A stretch of 64,000 bases of DNA from Octopus sinensis (GCF_006345805.1 NC_043003.1:108252001-108316000); one strand, 5' to 3'; positions 1-13,888 are shown, counted from the stretch's first letter. Made by a program: numbers and translations. Notes: generated by a model from the sequence alone, not told the origin.

Positions 1-1150
1 CAGGAGGAAAAGCCGGGAGACAAAAGGCGAACTTCTGATAGACAGAATGGTACTGAACGATTGCAAGAAAAGACATGCTAACCTGGGTATGACTTGGACC
101 GATTATAAGAAAGGGTATGACATAGTTTCCCACTCTCGGACTTTAGAAAGTCTTGAGTTGGTACAGATATCTGATAACATCTTAAATTTTATCAGATCAA
201 TGAAGAACTGGAATACAGAGTTAACATATGTGGTCAATTTAGGGTGAGGGTTAAGATCAAGGGGGGCATATTACAGGGAGATAACCTATCACTATTGCTG
301 TTTGTGATTAGTATGATATCTCTTACACAGATATTGCAGGAAGTAACATTGGGATACACCTTGAAAAGCGCCCAGAAACAAGTTCTGAGAACTAATTATA
401 CCAAGTTCCGAATAGATAAGAGCAGCGAATCGCCTATTTGTAGGATGTGTGGCAGCAAAAAAAAGAAACGATCTCACATATTGCGAGAGTAGCAAGCTGG
501 CCCAAAAGCACCAGAGACGATGTGGCACTAGATAACGTGGCTGAGTTTGTCCATGGGAGACTGTGTGAAAATACCTTTTGGGCAGTGAACGGAAATGATA
601 CAAAGACGAAGCAGAGGGAGTCACTGAGAACAATGAATATAAGATACTGTGGGATTTTACGATCCAATATGACTCTCTAATCGAGGCTCGGAGACCAGAT
701 ATTGTTGTGGTAGGTAAAGGACAAAATGAAACCAAGATCATTGATATTGCCATAGCTGGGAATGAACGAGTAGATCACAAAGAGCTGGAAAAGATGAAGA
801 AATAAAGATGACTAAAAGACGAAATTGCAAGGATTAGGACAACGAGGAGAGGACCTATTATGCCAGTGGTTGTAAGGGCACTCGGATCACTAATAAACCA
901 GGTTGGAAAAATATGTCGAAGAAATTGGAATTGATTTGAGAAGAGAGCAGGCCGAAATACTGTTCTGTTGGTGACAGCTAGGATTTTGAGAATGGTGCTT
1001 GGGTGTTGAGTGTCTTCCACAATGAGTTAACATCCAAGTACCAAAGCTTGTAATCTGCGGAAAGAGAACCTGTGAGACCTCTGACAACAGGTTTCAATCC
1101 GCTTTCATCGAATCAATCAGAGCAAGTAAGACCAAGATCTTTGAGAAGTA
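1..1150 (+). mobile_element. Degenerate, internally deleted R4/Dong-clade (RLE-type) non-LTR retrotransposon, 3' part
   Basis: RT motifs [11 protein letters not shown] and GGILQGDNLS join directly to a CCHC-like CRMCG..ETISHI, RLE RPDIVVV..IIDIAI and PVVVRALGS; frameshifted; ends at (TAA)n. Confidence 0.8.
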
Positions 1151-1151
1151 A

Positions 1152-1195
<44 letters not shown>

Positions 1196-1203
1196 TAATA
1201 ATG

Positions 1204-1271
<68 letters not shown>
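1151..1271. repeat. (TAA)n microsatellite between two R4/Dong elements
   Basis: Direct reading. Confidence 0.98.
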
Positions 1272-1272
<1 letters not shown>

Positions 1273-3677
1273 GCATGAACCCCATAACAACTGAAGAGGT
1301 CACCCAGGCACTGCAAAAACTAAGCAACTGGAAGGCACCTGGGCATGACAAGATCCCCAACTTCTGGTTGAAATATCTAACAGGAATGCACAAAAAGCTG
1401 GCTGAAAACTTTAACAAAGTACTAGCAGAGCCAGAGACAATGCCTGAATGGCTCACGAAGGGGAAAACCATCTTAATTCCCAAATCAAATGAAACAACAA
1501 AACCAGAAAACTACAGACCAATAACCTGCCTCCCTACTATGTTCAAGGCATTTACTGCAGTGATATCGCAAAGGTTGAACAAACACCTGGACGAAAACAA
1601 ACTGTTCCCAGAAGAGCAGAAAGGATGCCGCAAAGGCTCATATGGCTGTAAAGATCAACTAATGATTAATAAAGCCGTAACTGAAGACAGCCACAGAAAG
1701 AAGAAAGGCCTCAGTATGGCCTGGATTGACTACAAAAAGGCGTTTGATAGCACCCCCCACACATGGATCCTCGAAACACTAGCCATTAACAAAGTAGCAC
1801 CAACAATCATAAAATTCATAGAGCACTCTATGAATAAATGGCAAACAGTCCTACACCTCCAAACAAAAGAGGGACTCATGAAAACCAAAGACATCCCCAT
1901 TAGAAGAGGAATATTCCAGGGAGACACGCTCTCTCCACTCCTTTTCTGCTTGGCACTGTCACCTCTATCTGATATGCTAAATAGAACTGGATGCGGATAT
2001 AAATGTTACGGCAAAACGATCAGCCACCTTTTATATATGGATGACCTAAAACTATACGCTGCAAATGACAAACAGCTGGAAACTATTAAAGACAGTTCAT
2101 AGATTTACCAAAGAAATAGATATGAAATTTGGATTAGAAAAATGCGCCAAAGTAACCATGAAAAGAGGAAAACTAGTTAAGAGTAACAACATCACACTAG
2201 ATAAAACCAATGAAATAAAAGAATTAGACCAAAGCCAAACTTACAAATACTTAGGAATCCATGAACTAGATAAGACACAACACACACACAAATGAAAGAG
2301 AAAATAAAAAAAGAATATTATAGACGAGTTAGATCAATACTAAAAACAGAGCTCAATGCTAAAAACAAGATAATAGGTATCACACTTTAGCTGTCCCAGT
2401 TATAAGTTACAGCTACAATATCCTTAACTGGACACGAAATGAACTGTCCAAAATAGATAGGAAAACAGAAAAATACTGACAGGATCTAGGATGCATCATC
2501 CAAAAATCTGACATAGAAAGACTATATATACAACGTATAGAAGGTGGTAGAGGCCTTATACAGCTGGAAACTACTATAAAAATAACCCATAGGACTGCAA
2601 AAATACCTACTTCAGAAGGAAGGAAAACTGATCCAGATAGCAGCAAAACACGAGCAAACAAAAAAACTGTTCTCAATATTTAAGGAAGCTGACAAATACA
2701 AACAAGAAATCATACCACCTAATAAACACAAAGAAGAAGAAGATGATGAAGAAACAACAAAAGCTATAAAACAATGAAACCCAAACTAAAAAAGAACAGC
2801 AACGAGCCATGATAAAACGATGGCAAGAAAAGCCCCTTCATGGTAAATACTGCACTAAACTAAACGCAAAAGAATAGACAAAGAAAAATCCCAGCAATGG
2901 TTGAGAAGCTCAGGACTCAAAGCAGAAACAGAGGGATTTTTAATTGCAGCACAAGACCAAAGCCTCCCCACCAGAAATTACCAAAAACATGTAATGAAAA
3001 GAAAATATTACAAGTAACTGCAGAATATGTGGAGATGGACAAGAAACAATAAATCATATTATCTCTAGCTGCCCAGTCCTGGCTAAGAAGGAATATATTC
3101 ACAGACATGACAGAGTTGGAACCTACATACATTGGAAGCTATGCCAACATTATGGAATAACAACAGAAAAAGATGGTATAGGCACACACCAGAAAAGGTC
3201 ACAGAAAACGAGAAAGCAACCATACTCTGGGATATGCCGATACACACAGATAGAGAAATTAAGGCCAACAGACCAGATATAGTTGTCAGAGATCATGAAG
3301 AAAAATGCTTTCTAATTGATGTATCAATACGGCAGATGACAACGTGTCTCTAAAAGAAATGGAGAAACTCTCAAAATACAAAGACCTGGAAATAGAGATA
3401 ACCAGAATGTGGAATCTAAAAACAGAAACAATTCCTATCATAGTAGGTGCATTAGGCATGATAAAAAAATATTCAGACAAATACATAACAAAAACACCAG
3501 GACTTACAAACACATATAACATACAGAAAATTGCACTACTAGGCACTGCACACATCCTACGCAGAACACTTTCCATACAGTAACCATCAGAGCATCACAA
3601 CAAATCACAGCACATACCTAAGGCACACAGAGCTGCGCTCGGTAGTGAAGTGAAAGCACGCTATAAAAATAAAACTA

Positions 3678-3680
<3 letters not shown>
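1272..3680 (+). mobile_element. 5'-truncated R4/Dong-clade LINE (RT, CCHC knuckle, restriction-like endonuclease)
   Basis: ORF 1275-2102 has WKAPGHD, NYRPITCL, DYKKAFDS, GIFQGDTLSP, YMDD. Downstream frames give CRICG..ETINHIISSC, RHDRVG, ANRPDIVV..LIDVS, KLSKYKDL, PIIVGALG. Flanked by (TAA)n on both sides. Confidence 0.93.

Positions 3681-3767
<87 letters not shown>
3681..3767. repeat. (AAT)n tail or target array
   Basis: Direct reading. Confidence 0.98.
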
Positions 3768-3768
<1 letters not shown>

Positions 3769-4838
3769 GTCCTTTAATTTTTAATATATTGTTGGAGTAA
3801 ATGGAAAGAAAAGAAGGAAAGCAAGAGATAAATAAACAAGTAGAGAGGGAAACAATTTAAGAAAGAAGTGGCATTAAGCATTCGATGAGAGGATTTCTAT
3901 CTGGGGTCTTCTAGAGAAATCCAGGCGGAAGCAGTGGCACATCGTTGGGTGGCTGAGACTAGTGTTGGAGAATAAATTTCCTCTCATGCATACAATAGCT
4001 GAATGTCTCTTTGACTTGACATTCAGATGTATTACAGGAATAAGAAAGTACTTTAAGATCAACCTCTCCTCCGCGCTGCAGTAGCATAGTACGTTACTAT
4101 TGACACACCAGTAATTTAATACTCAATCGATCTGCCTTGAAATGTGCTGAAATATGCAAAATTAGTTTTCCAATCTACTTTACCCATTCACGGGTATGTA
4201 GAGTAGGTACGCAGTTTCGGATGGCACACCGAATAAGAATCGAAACATGTACACTTTTTCCTAACTTATTGTAGCCATGACATGTGTTCACGAATTATTT
4301 GCAATCCTCATAATGCAGAGTACAGGATAAAAGAACTATAGATATGTTCTGTTCTGTACTACATTATATATATATATATATATATATTATAATATATATA
4401 TATATATATATGTATGTATAATTTGCGTTGTGATAACACTAAAATTATTCGGTTCTTCTTTAACTCACGCATTGAAAAGGAGCTATCTTCGGCGTTGGTA
4501 GTAAATTTATATCTGCAAATGTATACTTACATTAATAGCAACTAAATTATCGGTTCGGCATTATCGGTCCATATTCCCAACTTTCAATCGACATGACAAT
4601 AAATTTTATAACAGTTATCATAGGCCTCACACAGACACAGCTGCAGCACTAAATTATTCGATTAGTTCACCTTAGTTTCTTCAGAGATAACCCATAAATG
4701 TATAATAAACGAATACAAAGTACACTAACTATACTAACTTCAGCTATTTCGTTTCCCAAGAATTTTCGTCGCTTCTATTCTTTTACTTTCTACTTTGTCC
4801 TTTCTACTTTCACTTTCTACTTTGTCCTTCTGTTGTAG

Positions 4839-4957
4839 AAGGATTCCGACCACTCCACAAGGGACTAAAGGTGGACTGACTCATTGTTATAAAACAAAGA
4901 ACTGAGCGACTGAAAGTCTGGATTGGTAAACAGTTCGCTGTGAGCCATGGGAATGCG
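4839..4957 (+). other. Candidate host exon, possibly 5'UTR plus start codon
   Basis: Long pyrimidine tract ending tgttgtag| and donor |gtgagt at 4958; GCCATGG context (ATG 4947) near the exon end; no frame is open through the whole exon. Confidence 0.3.
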
Positions 4958-5026
4958 GTGAGTCTCGTGTAATAGGAATCGTATTGCGTCGTGTAAATAC
5001 TTTCTTTCCCTCTGCTTCGTCCATAG

Positions 5027-5289
<263 letters not shown>

Positions 5290-5296
5290 GGAAATT

Positions 5297-5565
5297 ATGA
5301 AGGCGCAGGGCTCAGTGGTTAGACCGTCGAACTTACGACCTTGAGGTTGTGAGTTCGAATCCCGGGCCGGGCTGTGTGTTGTGTTCTTGAGCAAGACACT
5401 TTATTTCACATTGCTCCAGTTCACTCAGCTGTAGAAATGAGTTGCGATCTCACTGGTGCCAAGCTATGTCAGCCTTTTCCTTTCCCTTGGATAACATCAG
5501 TAGAGGGGAGGCTGATATGCATGGGTGACTGCTGGTCTTCCGTGAACAACCTTGCTCGGACTTTC
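5297..5565 (+). mobile_element. tRNA-derived SINE with CORE-like central domain
   Basis: A box ggctcagtgg, B box gttcgaatcc, then tgtgttcttgagcaagacactt; related copies at ~7350, 16995, 26805, 27880 and 51010(-). Confidence 0.85.
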
Positions 5566-5768
5566 TCGGACTCCCTCTTTCTATATCTCTCTTTCTCGCT
5601 CTCCCTCTCCCTCTGTCTTTCCCTCTCTCTCTCTCTCTTTCTCCCTCCCTCCCTCTAGCTATCTATCTATTTCTTCATAGTAAAAAGCTGAAATACAAAG
5701 CGAGTTAGTTCATCTTGTCTTTCCGATACCGAAAGTCAAGCAAGTGTTGGCACATCTTTTTATGAACT

Positions 5769-7020
5769 TATGTAGGTCGTTCAAATTGCACATGTTGGTT
5801 CAGTGACTAACTCTTCCACAATATATGGTATTACTCAACATAGACTCCATCACAACCGATGCTTTTACATCATCGTTGAATCCAGCTCATTAATTTCACT
5901 TTGAAAAGATTCATGTATACACCATTTTACCAACTTCTTCTCAGCGACTTCCACCTCACCTGCATCATCATATATTTGCCACTGAAAAATGTCCTTCGTT
6001 AGATTGAACCGCTGGAAGTCGGAGAGGGCCGAATCGAGGATGTACGTACAAATTTCCTGTTTGCTCGATTTATCGCTAAATCAAGCAATCGGCACTTATG
6101 CAGTTGGGTATTGTTACGGTAAACGTGGATTATTTTGAAATTTTGTTTAGTCTTTTCCTCTTAATGACCTCTCTAAGCTTTTGTGGGCGTCTAAATGTAC
6201 TGCTTGTTGTTCGCGGTACATCAACGTTCCGGAAAATCAAGGAGAATGATGCACTTGTCATCTCAAAAGATAGCCATTAAGACTTTCTGTGCCGATTGCT
6301 GGTTCTTTAAGTTCTTCGGCTTGGAGAAGTGATGTGACGCCATTCCGCATACTGAGCCTTTATTTCACAACAGTAATACTGGAATCACGTTTCATTCTCT
6401 GTCACCTAAACGAAAACAAAACACGTATCTTCATTGCCTTCAGACGCTTCCAGCAGATCACGGTAATCTTCCATCCTTCTCTCCTTAAAGAGTGTTAACT
6501 CTTATAGTACCCACTTGCACACGCTTCCTGATATCCAAAGTCTTCTACCATCTTCTACCACGGACAAGTTGCATAGCAAGCTCACATATTGTGACTCGTC
6601 TGTTCCAGCAAACGGTCCATCTCCTGGCGATTCGTGTCAGTGATTGGAGTTGATGCTAACTCACTGCAAGATCTATTTTTAGTGCTGTTTTCTCTTCTTT
6701 AAACTTCTGCAGCCTTCTGTCGACAATGCTCTTATCAGTGGTGTTATCTCCGTAAATAGGATGTTGCGTCTTGCACAAGTTTATTATGCGGCCATTAACT
6801 GTTCCGTATACGAACCTCAAAGTGATCATACGATTCTCGAAGGGCCTGCGAATACAGAGGCTATATTCTTTTCTTCCACAACCAAGCAATGCAAAATATA
6901 CCAGAAAAAAACACATCGTATTAGTAACTACTACTTCTCTATTTTAGGACTTCTATCCTACTCCATCACAATTTTAAAAAGCATCTTCCATACTCAACTT
7001 ATAGTTAAACGACCATTCCA
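5769..7020 (-). mobile_element. Degenerate full-length mariner-like DNA transposon (~1.25 kb)
   Basis: HTH-like IYGDNTTDKSIVDRRLQKFKE; LDSALSDFQRF corresponds to the (Y)SPDLAPSDFHLF motif; decayed TIRs ggtcgttcaaa (5775) and ttaaacgacc (7005). Confidence 0.75.
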
Positions 7021-7349
7021 TTTACATGTAATTACGGCTAATTTGACGTTTGGGATTGATGTGAATACAATACATTGTGTTGTAGTATCAAAAGAGAAAA
7101 GCATACAGACCCGCAATTTTTGATTATTATAAACAAATGATTGATTACAGTGTACGAAGGGTCGGGTCACGAAATTTCATTCTCCAGTACAATTAGGCGA
7201 ATCACAGTTTCCATCGTCTTTCAAAATACAAGACAATAACAACAGCAACAATAATAATAAATAAATAAATACTACATATTTGTGTCAATTAGCAAGTTAG
7301 ACTAGTTAGAATATCTTAATATACCAGAGTGCAACACACACACACACAG

Positions 7350-7625
7350 AGGCCTAGTGCTTAGGGTGGCGTACTCATGATCATGAGGTAGTGATTTCGA
7401 TTGCCAGACCGGCTACGGGTTGTGTTATTGAACAAAATATTTCATTTTATGCTGCTCCTGTTCACTCAACTATAAATGTGTCACTCTGTGACAAACTGGT
7501 GTTCCATTCAGGGCGAATCTTGGCCTATCAGTCTAGCTAAAGAGATGGCATAATTCAAATGCTAAAACAATGTGAAGCTCATTGTGATCAGCGGTGTATA
7601 ACATCTGATATTCTAGTCGATACCG
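7350..7625 (+). mobile_element. Old tRNA-derived CORE-type SINE copy
   Basis: ggcctagtgcttagg..ttcgattgcc..tgtgttattgaacaa resembles the 5297 copy. Confidence 0.6.
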
Positions 7626-7695
7626 TGATTTATATATATATATATATATAAATAAATAAATAGAATCGAACGCAGATGATATTCAAATTGATTTA

Positions 7696-7781
7696 CTTTC
7701 GACATATGTTTCGAAGACAACATTGGTTTTATTGTAAAGGAATAAACGGTGTAAAATAATGTAATCTTCTCCTCAGGAAAG
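7696..7781 (-). ncRNA. Minimal type I hammerhead ribozyme, fully canonical core
   Basis: Minus strand: CUUUC-CUGAGGA-GAAGAUUACAUU...AAUGUUGUCUUC-GAAA-CAUAUG-UC^GAAAG; 5-bp stem I, long stem II closed by G-C, palindromic stem III, GUC site. Confidence 0.85.
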
Positions 7782-8038
7782 AAAGAGAACTTATCTCAAC
7801 AACAAGACATTATAACAATTTTGATGATTGCATAAATGATAAACAGAACGCTATTAAGTATTCTAAAAAATAACCGTTAGTAGATCTGACGTCAAAGGTA
7901 GACCATAGGAAGAGAAGGGGTAAAGAAATAATAAATAGAGAACAAATAAAGGAGAAATATAGAGGGATATGTGGTTGAAAAAAATATTCAAAAGCTTGGA
8001 AGTAGATTTCTCTATTGAAGGTAGGATAATTCATTCAT

Positions 8039-8083
<45 letters not shown>

Positions 8084-8255
8084 AATTGAGATAGGGGTTG
8101 TAAATGCAACCCTCCATGGGATAACATATATCCAATATACTGCTAGTGAAGTACCCAACAAAGTTAATACATAAATGTTACGAATTGCGATGCAATTAAT
8201 TCATTTACTGTATTATATGGGCAAAGGTAAAATGTTTTACCACAAATTCATAATA

Positions 8256-8429
8256 CAAAATACGAAAATGGAGAAATACATCCAAATCAAATATCAATTA
8301 CACTGTTTTGTTCTACATTATTATGTTTGACATTAAAGTTTCTTATGTGGTGGTTTAATAAAGTATGTGATTAGGTATTATCTGGTAATTGATATTTGAT
8401 TTGGATATAGTTCTCCATTTTCTTATTTT
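8256..8429. repeat. Imperfect ~45-bp inverted repeat in a TA-flanked insert
   Basis: aaaatggagaaatacatccaaatcaaatatcaattac vs gtaattgatatttgatttggatatagttctccatttt. Confidence 0.8.
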
Positions 8430-8595
8430 ATATATATATATATATATATACACTCTCTCTCTCACTTTTACTCTTTTACATGTTTCAGTCATTTAACTGT
8501 GGCCATGCTGGAGCACTGCCTTTAATAATAATTCTTTGCATAATAAGATAAAAAAACCAAGGCTGTGTAGATATTAGAGCATTTATAGATAGAAG

Positions 8596-8647
8596 GTCTT
8601 ACAGCTGTTTCTAGGATAGTTATTAATTATATCCCTTCATCGGAGAC
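8596..8647 (-). ncRNA. Minimal type I hammerhead, left arm, CCGAUGA (U4C) core
   Basis: GUCU-CCGAUGA-AGGGAUA..UAUCCUA-GAAA-CAGCUG-UA^AGAC. Confidence 0.7.
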
Positions 8648-8773
8648 AGTGTGAGAGGATAGTCAAGTCATAGTTAGTTTAGATGTGATACAAAATAGAG
8701 AGTGAGGTGGAGGAAAGAAAATTGATTTTGTATCACATCTAAACTAACTATAACTTGACTATCCTCTCACGCC

Positions 8774-8825
8774 GTCTCCGATGAAGGGATATAATTAATA
8801 AACAACCTAGAAACAGCTGTAAGAC
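8774..8825 (+). ncRNA. Minimal type I hammerhead, right arm, CCGAUGA (U4C) core
   Basis: GUCU-CCGAUGA-AGGG..CCUA-GAAA-CAGCUG-UA^AGAC. Confidence 0.68.
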
Positions 8826-9085
8826 CTTCTATCTATAAATGCTCTAATATCTACAGAGCTTTGGTTTTTTTATCCTATTACGCAAACAATTATTATATAC
8901 ACACGCTGACATAGAACCAACGTTGAACCCGTATTCGCAATATTACCGAATCTGGAACTTAACTATGGTCTGTCTATAGCACTTCACTTATTCAGCATTG
9001 CCTGACACCTTTGGGTCTCAATGACACCATTATCTCTTATAACCTCAACTTCTCTCTCTCCCTTTTATATAAATATAAACATATA

Positions 9086-9126
<41 letters not shown>

Positions 9127-9128
9127 TA

Positions 9129-9176
<48 letters not shown>

Positions 9177-9192
9177 ACATATATACATATAT

Positions 9193-9235
<43 letters not shown>

Positions 9236-9246
9236 ATATGATATAT

Positions 9247-9295
<49 letters not shown>

Positions 9296-9296
<1 letters not shown>

Positions 9297-9387
9297 CGAT
9301 TAAGGAATCAGACGATGGATTTGGTATTAAGTCTAATACCAAATCCTAATACCTAATACTAAATCCATCTTTTGTTTCTTTAATCGA
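9296..9387. repeat. Small imperfect fold-back abutting (TA)n
   Basis: tcgattaaggaatcagacgatggatttggtatta vs taatactaaatccatcttttgtttctttaatcga. Confidence 0.75.
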
Positions 9388-9552
9388 ATATTATCACAAC
9401 TTACACTGCGGAATTCATGAAGTAAATCAAACGGAAATATGCCCCAACTGTGGTTGATACTAGGTTGCCCAAACCGTAATGCTTTGCTCAACACATCAGC
9501 ACACTGACTGACATATACCCATTAGTCCAAATATTACATATGTGCATATAGC

Positions 9553-9559
9553 TAGATGA

Positions 9560-9657
<98 letters not shown>

Positions 9658-9668
9658 GATAGATAGAT
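9553..9668. repeat. (GATA)n array at the 3' end of the Tx1-like element
   Basis: Direct reading. Confidence 0.97.
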
Positions 9669-11647
9669 ATGTTTCTTTATTAGCCACACAGGGCTGCACA
9701 CAGATAGAACAAATTACACCTCCGCTCGACCTTTTAGGGACAGTTTCCTCTCGGCCATTGCCGGCGAGAGTGACCACCCTACTCGTTATCTCGTTCCAGT
9801 TCTTCTCCACTTGGAGGTCCGGACCAAACCAGACCCCGAGCAACTCAACCGGGCCGTCGGTCCAGCGTCCCACGACGAGGCGCTGGTGGACGGCATGGGC
9901 TTGCTTCTCCAGGTGCCTAGTCGCAAGCCCACTGACTTTTCCGGTTGATTTTCGCTCCTGTCACCGCTTCGTAGTTTTTCAGTGTCTCGCCGACCAGCTC
10001 GATGTGCTCGTGGCTAGACCTATGACGGTGACGTCGTCCGCGTATGCAGACACGCTCGTCCCGCATCCCAATTCTCGCGGGATGCCCCTTAGAGTCGCCA
10101 GCTTCCGCAGTAGTGGCTCAAGAGTCAATACGTATAAGCGCCGCGAGAGGGGGCATCCCTGACGGACCGAACGTGCAATGTCGAAAGGTCTCGATAGATG
10201 TCCATTTACGCGAATTACCGAACGGATGCCTCTGTACAAGGCAGCTATCCGCCGCGGAAGACGGGACCGAAACCAGCCGCTCTCAGGACTGCCTCCAAGT
10301 ATCGATGGTCTACCCTATCAAAGGCTTTTGATTGATCCAAGTTGATCAGGGCCCCACCCATGCCAGGTTCGTTAACTACCCTGTCTATGATGTAGCGCAT
10401 CAGATGGAGGTTGTCATGGATGGTCCGGCCTGGCACGGCGCATGTTTGCGCCTTGTCGACCAGTTTCTCGATGACAAGCGCCAACCTCTTGGCTAGCACC
10501 TTGGCCAAAATTTTCAAGTCTGCATTAAGCAGAGTGATGGGCCAAAGTTATCTATTACATTTCCCTTGTTTAGATCTTTCTTCAGCAGTGTTACGGCTCC
10601 TCGGCTCACAAAACCAGGAATGCTCCCGTTTTGCTGCCAGTTGCAGTACACCGCCGCCAAGAGATCTCCAAACAAGTCTGGCATACATTGTAAAGCTCGT
10701 AGGGTAGACCATCCAAACCCGGTGATTTGTCCCTCGAGCATTCTGCCATCGCTTTCCCGCACTTCCGCCGCCGTGATGGCACCTTCGCAGCACCCTGCCT
10801 TTCTTGTCGAGAGTCGTGGTAGGCTATGTAGGTAGGCACTGAAGTCCACCCTACGTTCTTGCCCTCCACTCGTTCCGAACAGTCGGGCAAAATGCTGCTG
10901 AAAGGCCTCACACATTTTACTTGGCTCGAGCAATTCGCGCCCCTGTTCATCTACCAGTGACCGAATGATGGCTTTGTTGCCCTGTTGCGCCTCTGCCACC
11001 CGGGCCTCTCTCGCGGCTCCAACACCTTCGTTCCTTAGAGCACGCATCCTAGCTCTGACAGCACATCCTTCGTGTTTGGCGTTGAAGTGTTGGTCGAGGG
11101 CCAACCTCGCCGCCAAAACGTCGGATGCGATGCCGCTTCTAATTGCCTCTTCTAGCTTCTTAACGAGCTCACCCTCTACTCTATTTCTATCTATGGCTAG
11201 TGCTTTGCTGTACCTAATCGCTTCTGCTTTTACTGCTCTCTTGAGGGCAAACCACCATTTGTTGTTGATGATGGCTCCCGTCAAAGCCCTCTTTACTAGT
11301 GTGCTAATCCGGTCTCTGAAAACTTGTCTCGATGGGAAAGACGCGTTTAGTTTCCAGTATCCGGGACCCTGCCTAAGTGTCTTACCTAAGTCTAGCGTAC
11401 ATGTCACAAGTTTGTGATCCGTGTAGCTGACTATGTGGAAGTGTGGACATCCTATGCTATCTCTATCTACTGTCCTACACAGTATCCTATCTAGATACGA
11501 TCTCGACGACCCGATGCGGTTGCTCCATGTCCACGTTGGCGCATTCGGGTGGTCTAGTCGAAACCTGTCAGACAGTTGAAAGCGTCTGAGCAGGTCTCTG
11601 AGGCATTTGCATCCCCGTCTATTCCTATCTCTACCCACGTAGTCTAC

Positions 11648-11648
<1 letters not shown>
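9669..11648 (-). mobile_element. Tx1/L1-group LINE ORF2 fragment, 5'-truncated and internally deleted
   Basis: APE C-terminus SYLDRI..YTDH..GPGYWKLN; RT KSPGLDGLP, DQSKAFDRVDH, VRQGCPLS, YADD, LLGVWFG; then a jump to a ~50-nt terminus with AATAAA; visibly more GC-rich than flanks. Confidence 0.9.
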
Positions 11649-12430
<782 letters not shown>

Positions 12431-13384
12431 AAAACCTGATGTTATTTGAAACTATACTGGAAGAAACTAAATAATATAGCCAATTAACCTGTTTGTCAGT
12501 GTGTCTGTCTCCCTCTCTCTCACTCTCTTTCACTCTTTCTCTTTCTGTACATATATGTGTGTGTGTGTGTGTTGTGTGTGTGTGTATAATATTATAATAT
12601 TGTCTTTGCATGTGTGTGTTTGTGTGCTTATGTGTTTGTGTCTTCTCATTTACACACGTTTTCCTTTCGCTACATTTCTATGATTGCATTGTGTACATTG
12701 TATGATTTTCAAGAAATATGCAAATATTTAAAATGAAATTAGCACTAAGCTGGAAACTATAAAATTGAAGACTATGTTACAGTACATTGCCCAGACATTC
12801 TATATAGGTTAATGGTGCATTGTTCTCGTTTTTAATGGTCTAATATAGACGACAGCACTAACAATAAGAAGTAATATTCATTAGCCACGCATACCCTTTA
12901 CTCAGCAGGAAAAATAAAAGCATTCACCATCATCCTCACCATCATCCTCACCATCATCATCTTTGTTATCATTATCAGTAACCTGAGCATTACATACGCT
13001 TTCTTTGTGTGTATGTGTGTATGTGTGTGTGTGTTTCTTATGGGGTTTTTTCTGTTGTGTACCCCAAACTAGTAAGTATGTAGTATGACTTTTTTTTTAC
13101 ATAGCAGAGTGTGGTTTACGAGAAACCGCGTATATGCTCCTTGGTTAGCACGTTTGTGTCAGTGCCGTTGGACTTGATTGCAGTGGATAGTTGTTCTTCC
13201 TCTGTGCTCACTGTTAGTGACGAGCTCCTCAGTACATTGTTTGAGGCGGTTATTGGTGATGATGCAGTTTTTCAGTGAGCGCATTTTCTACTTCTTTGAG
13301 CTCAGTGGGAGGAAGAATGCTTTTGGGTCTTTTTTTTCTTTTAAGATAGTGTTGTTGCAGCATTTTAGAATATTACTAATACTG

Positions 13385-13752
13385 TTGCTGCTGCTGCTGT
13401 TGAGCGAACGGTCTTCGTTCCAGAGCTCGCAAGATGGGAGAAGTCCGAACGTGGCCCTTTGCTCTACGTAAGACCCGCAGGAAGAGAAAGCAGGTCAACC
13501 CCCGACATCGAGAGCATCGACGGATGGATGAATGCGCATCCAGGCTCAGCGGTTGTGTAGGAAGTCGAGGATAAGAAACAGGAAGAAAGAGTGAGAGAAA
13601 GTTGGGGCGAAAGAGTACAACAGGGGTCGCCACCATCCCCTGCTGTAGGCGTTTTCGCTCAATAAACACACACAACACCCGGTCTGGGAATCGAAACCGC
13701 GATCCTCCGACCGCGAGTCCGCTGCCCTAACCATTGGGCCATTGCGCCTCCA
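13385..13752 (-). mobile_element. tRNA-derived SINE, GC-rich family with (CAG)n tail
   Basis: Minus strand head ggcgcaatggcccaatggttagggcagcggac..ggtttcgattccc (A and B boxes), body, tail ctcaacagcagcagcagc. Confidence 0.85.
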
Positions 13753-13790
13753 CAAATACTGCTGTTCAATAATTAAGAGATGAGGAATTA

Positions 13791-13888
13791 TGTACATTAT
13801 TTACGTTATTTACATTTGACGGATATTTGTCCTCATCTTAACATGAGGACAAATATCCGTCAAATGTAAATAATGTAAACAATGTACA
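13791..13888. repeat. Near-perfect fold-back, 46-bp arms, 6-nt loop
   Basis: tgtacatt..gatatttgtcctcat cttaac atgaggacaaatatc..aatgtaca. Confidence 0.9.

Larger units (their letters stand above)
8525..8896. mobile_element. Fold-back element, ~172-bp arms and 28-nt spacer; probable Penelope-like terminal repeat
   Basis: 8525-8696 is the near reverse complement of 8725-8896; each arm carries a hammerhead motif. Confidence 0.8.

Noticed and set aside
13680-13752. Functional tRNA gene
   Set aside because: A and B boxes are present, but it runs into a SINE body and lacks a proper acceptor stem; the same holds for the other tRNA-like heads
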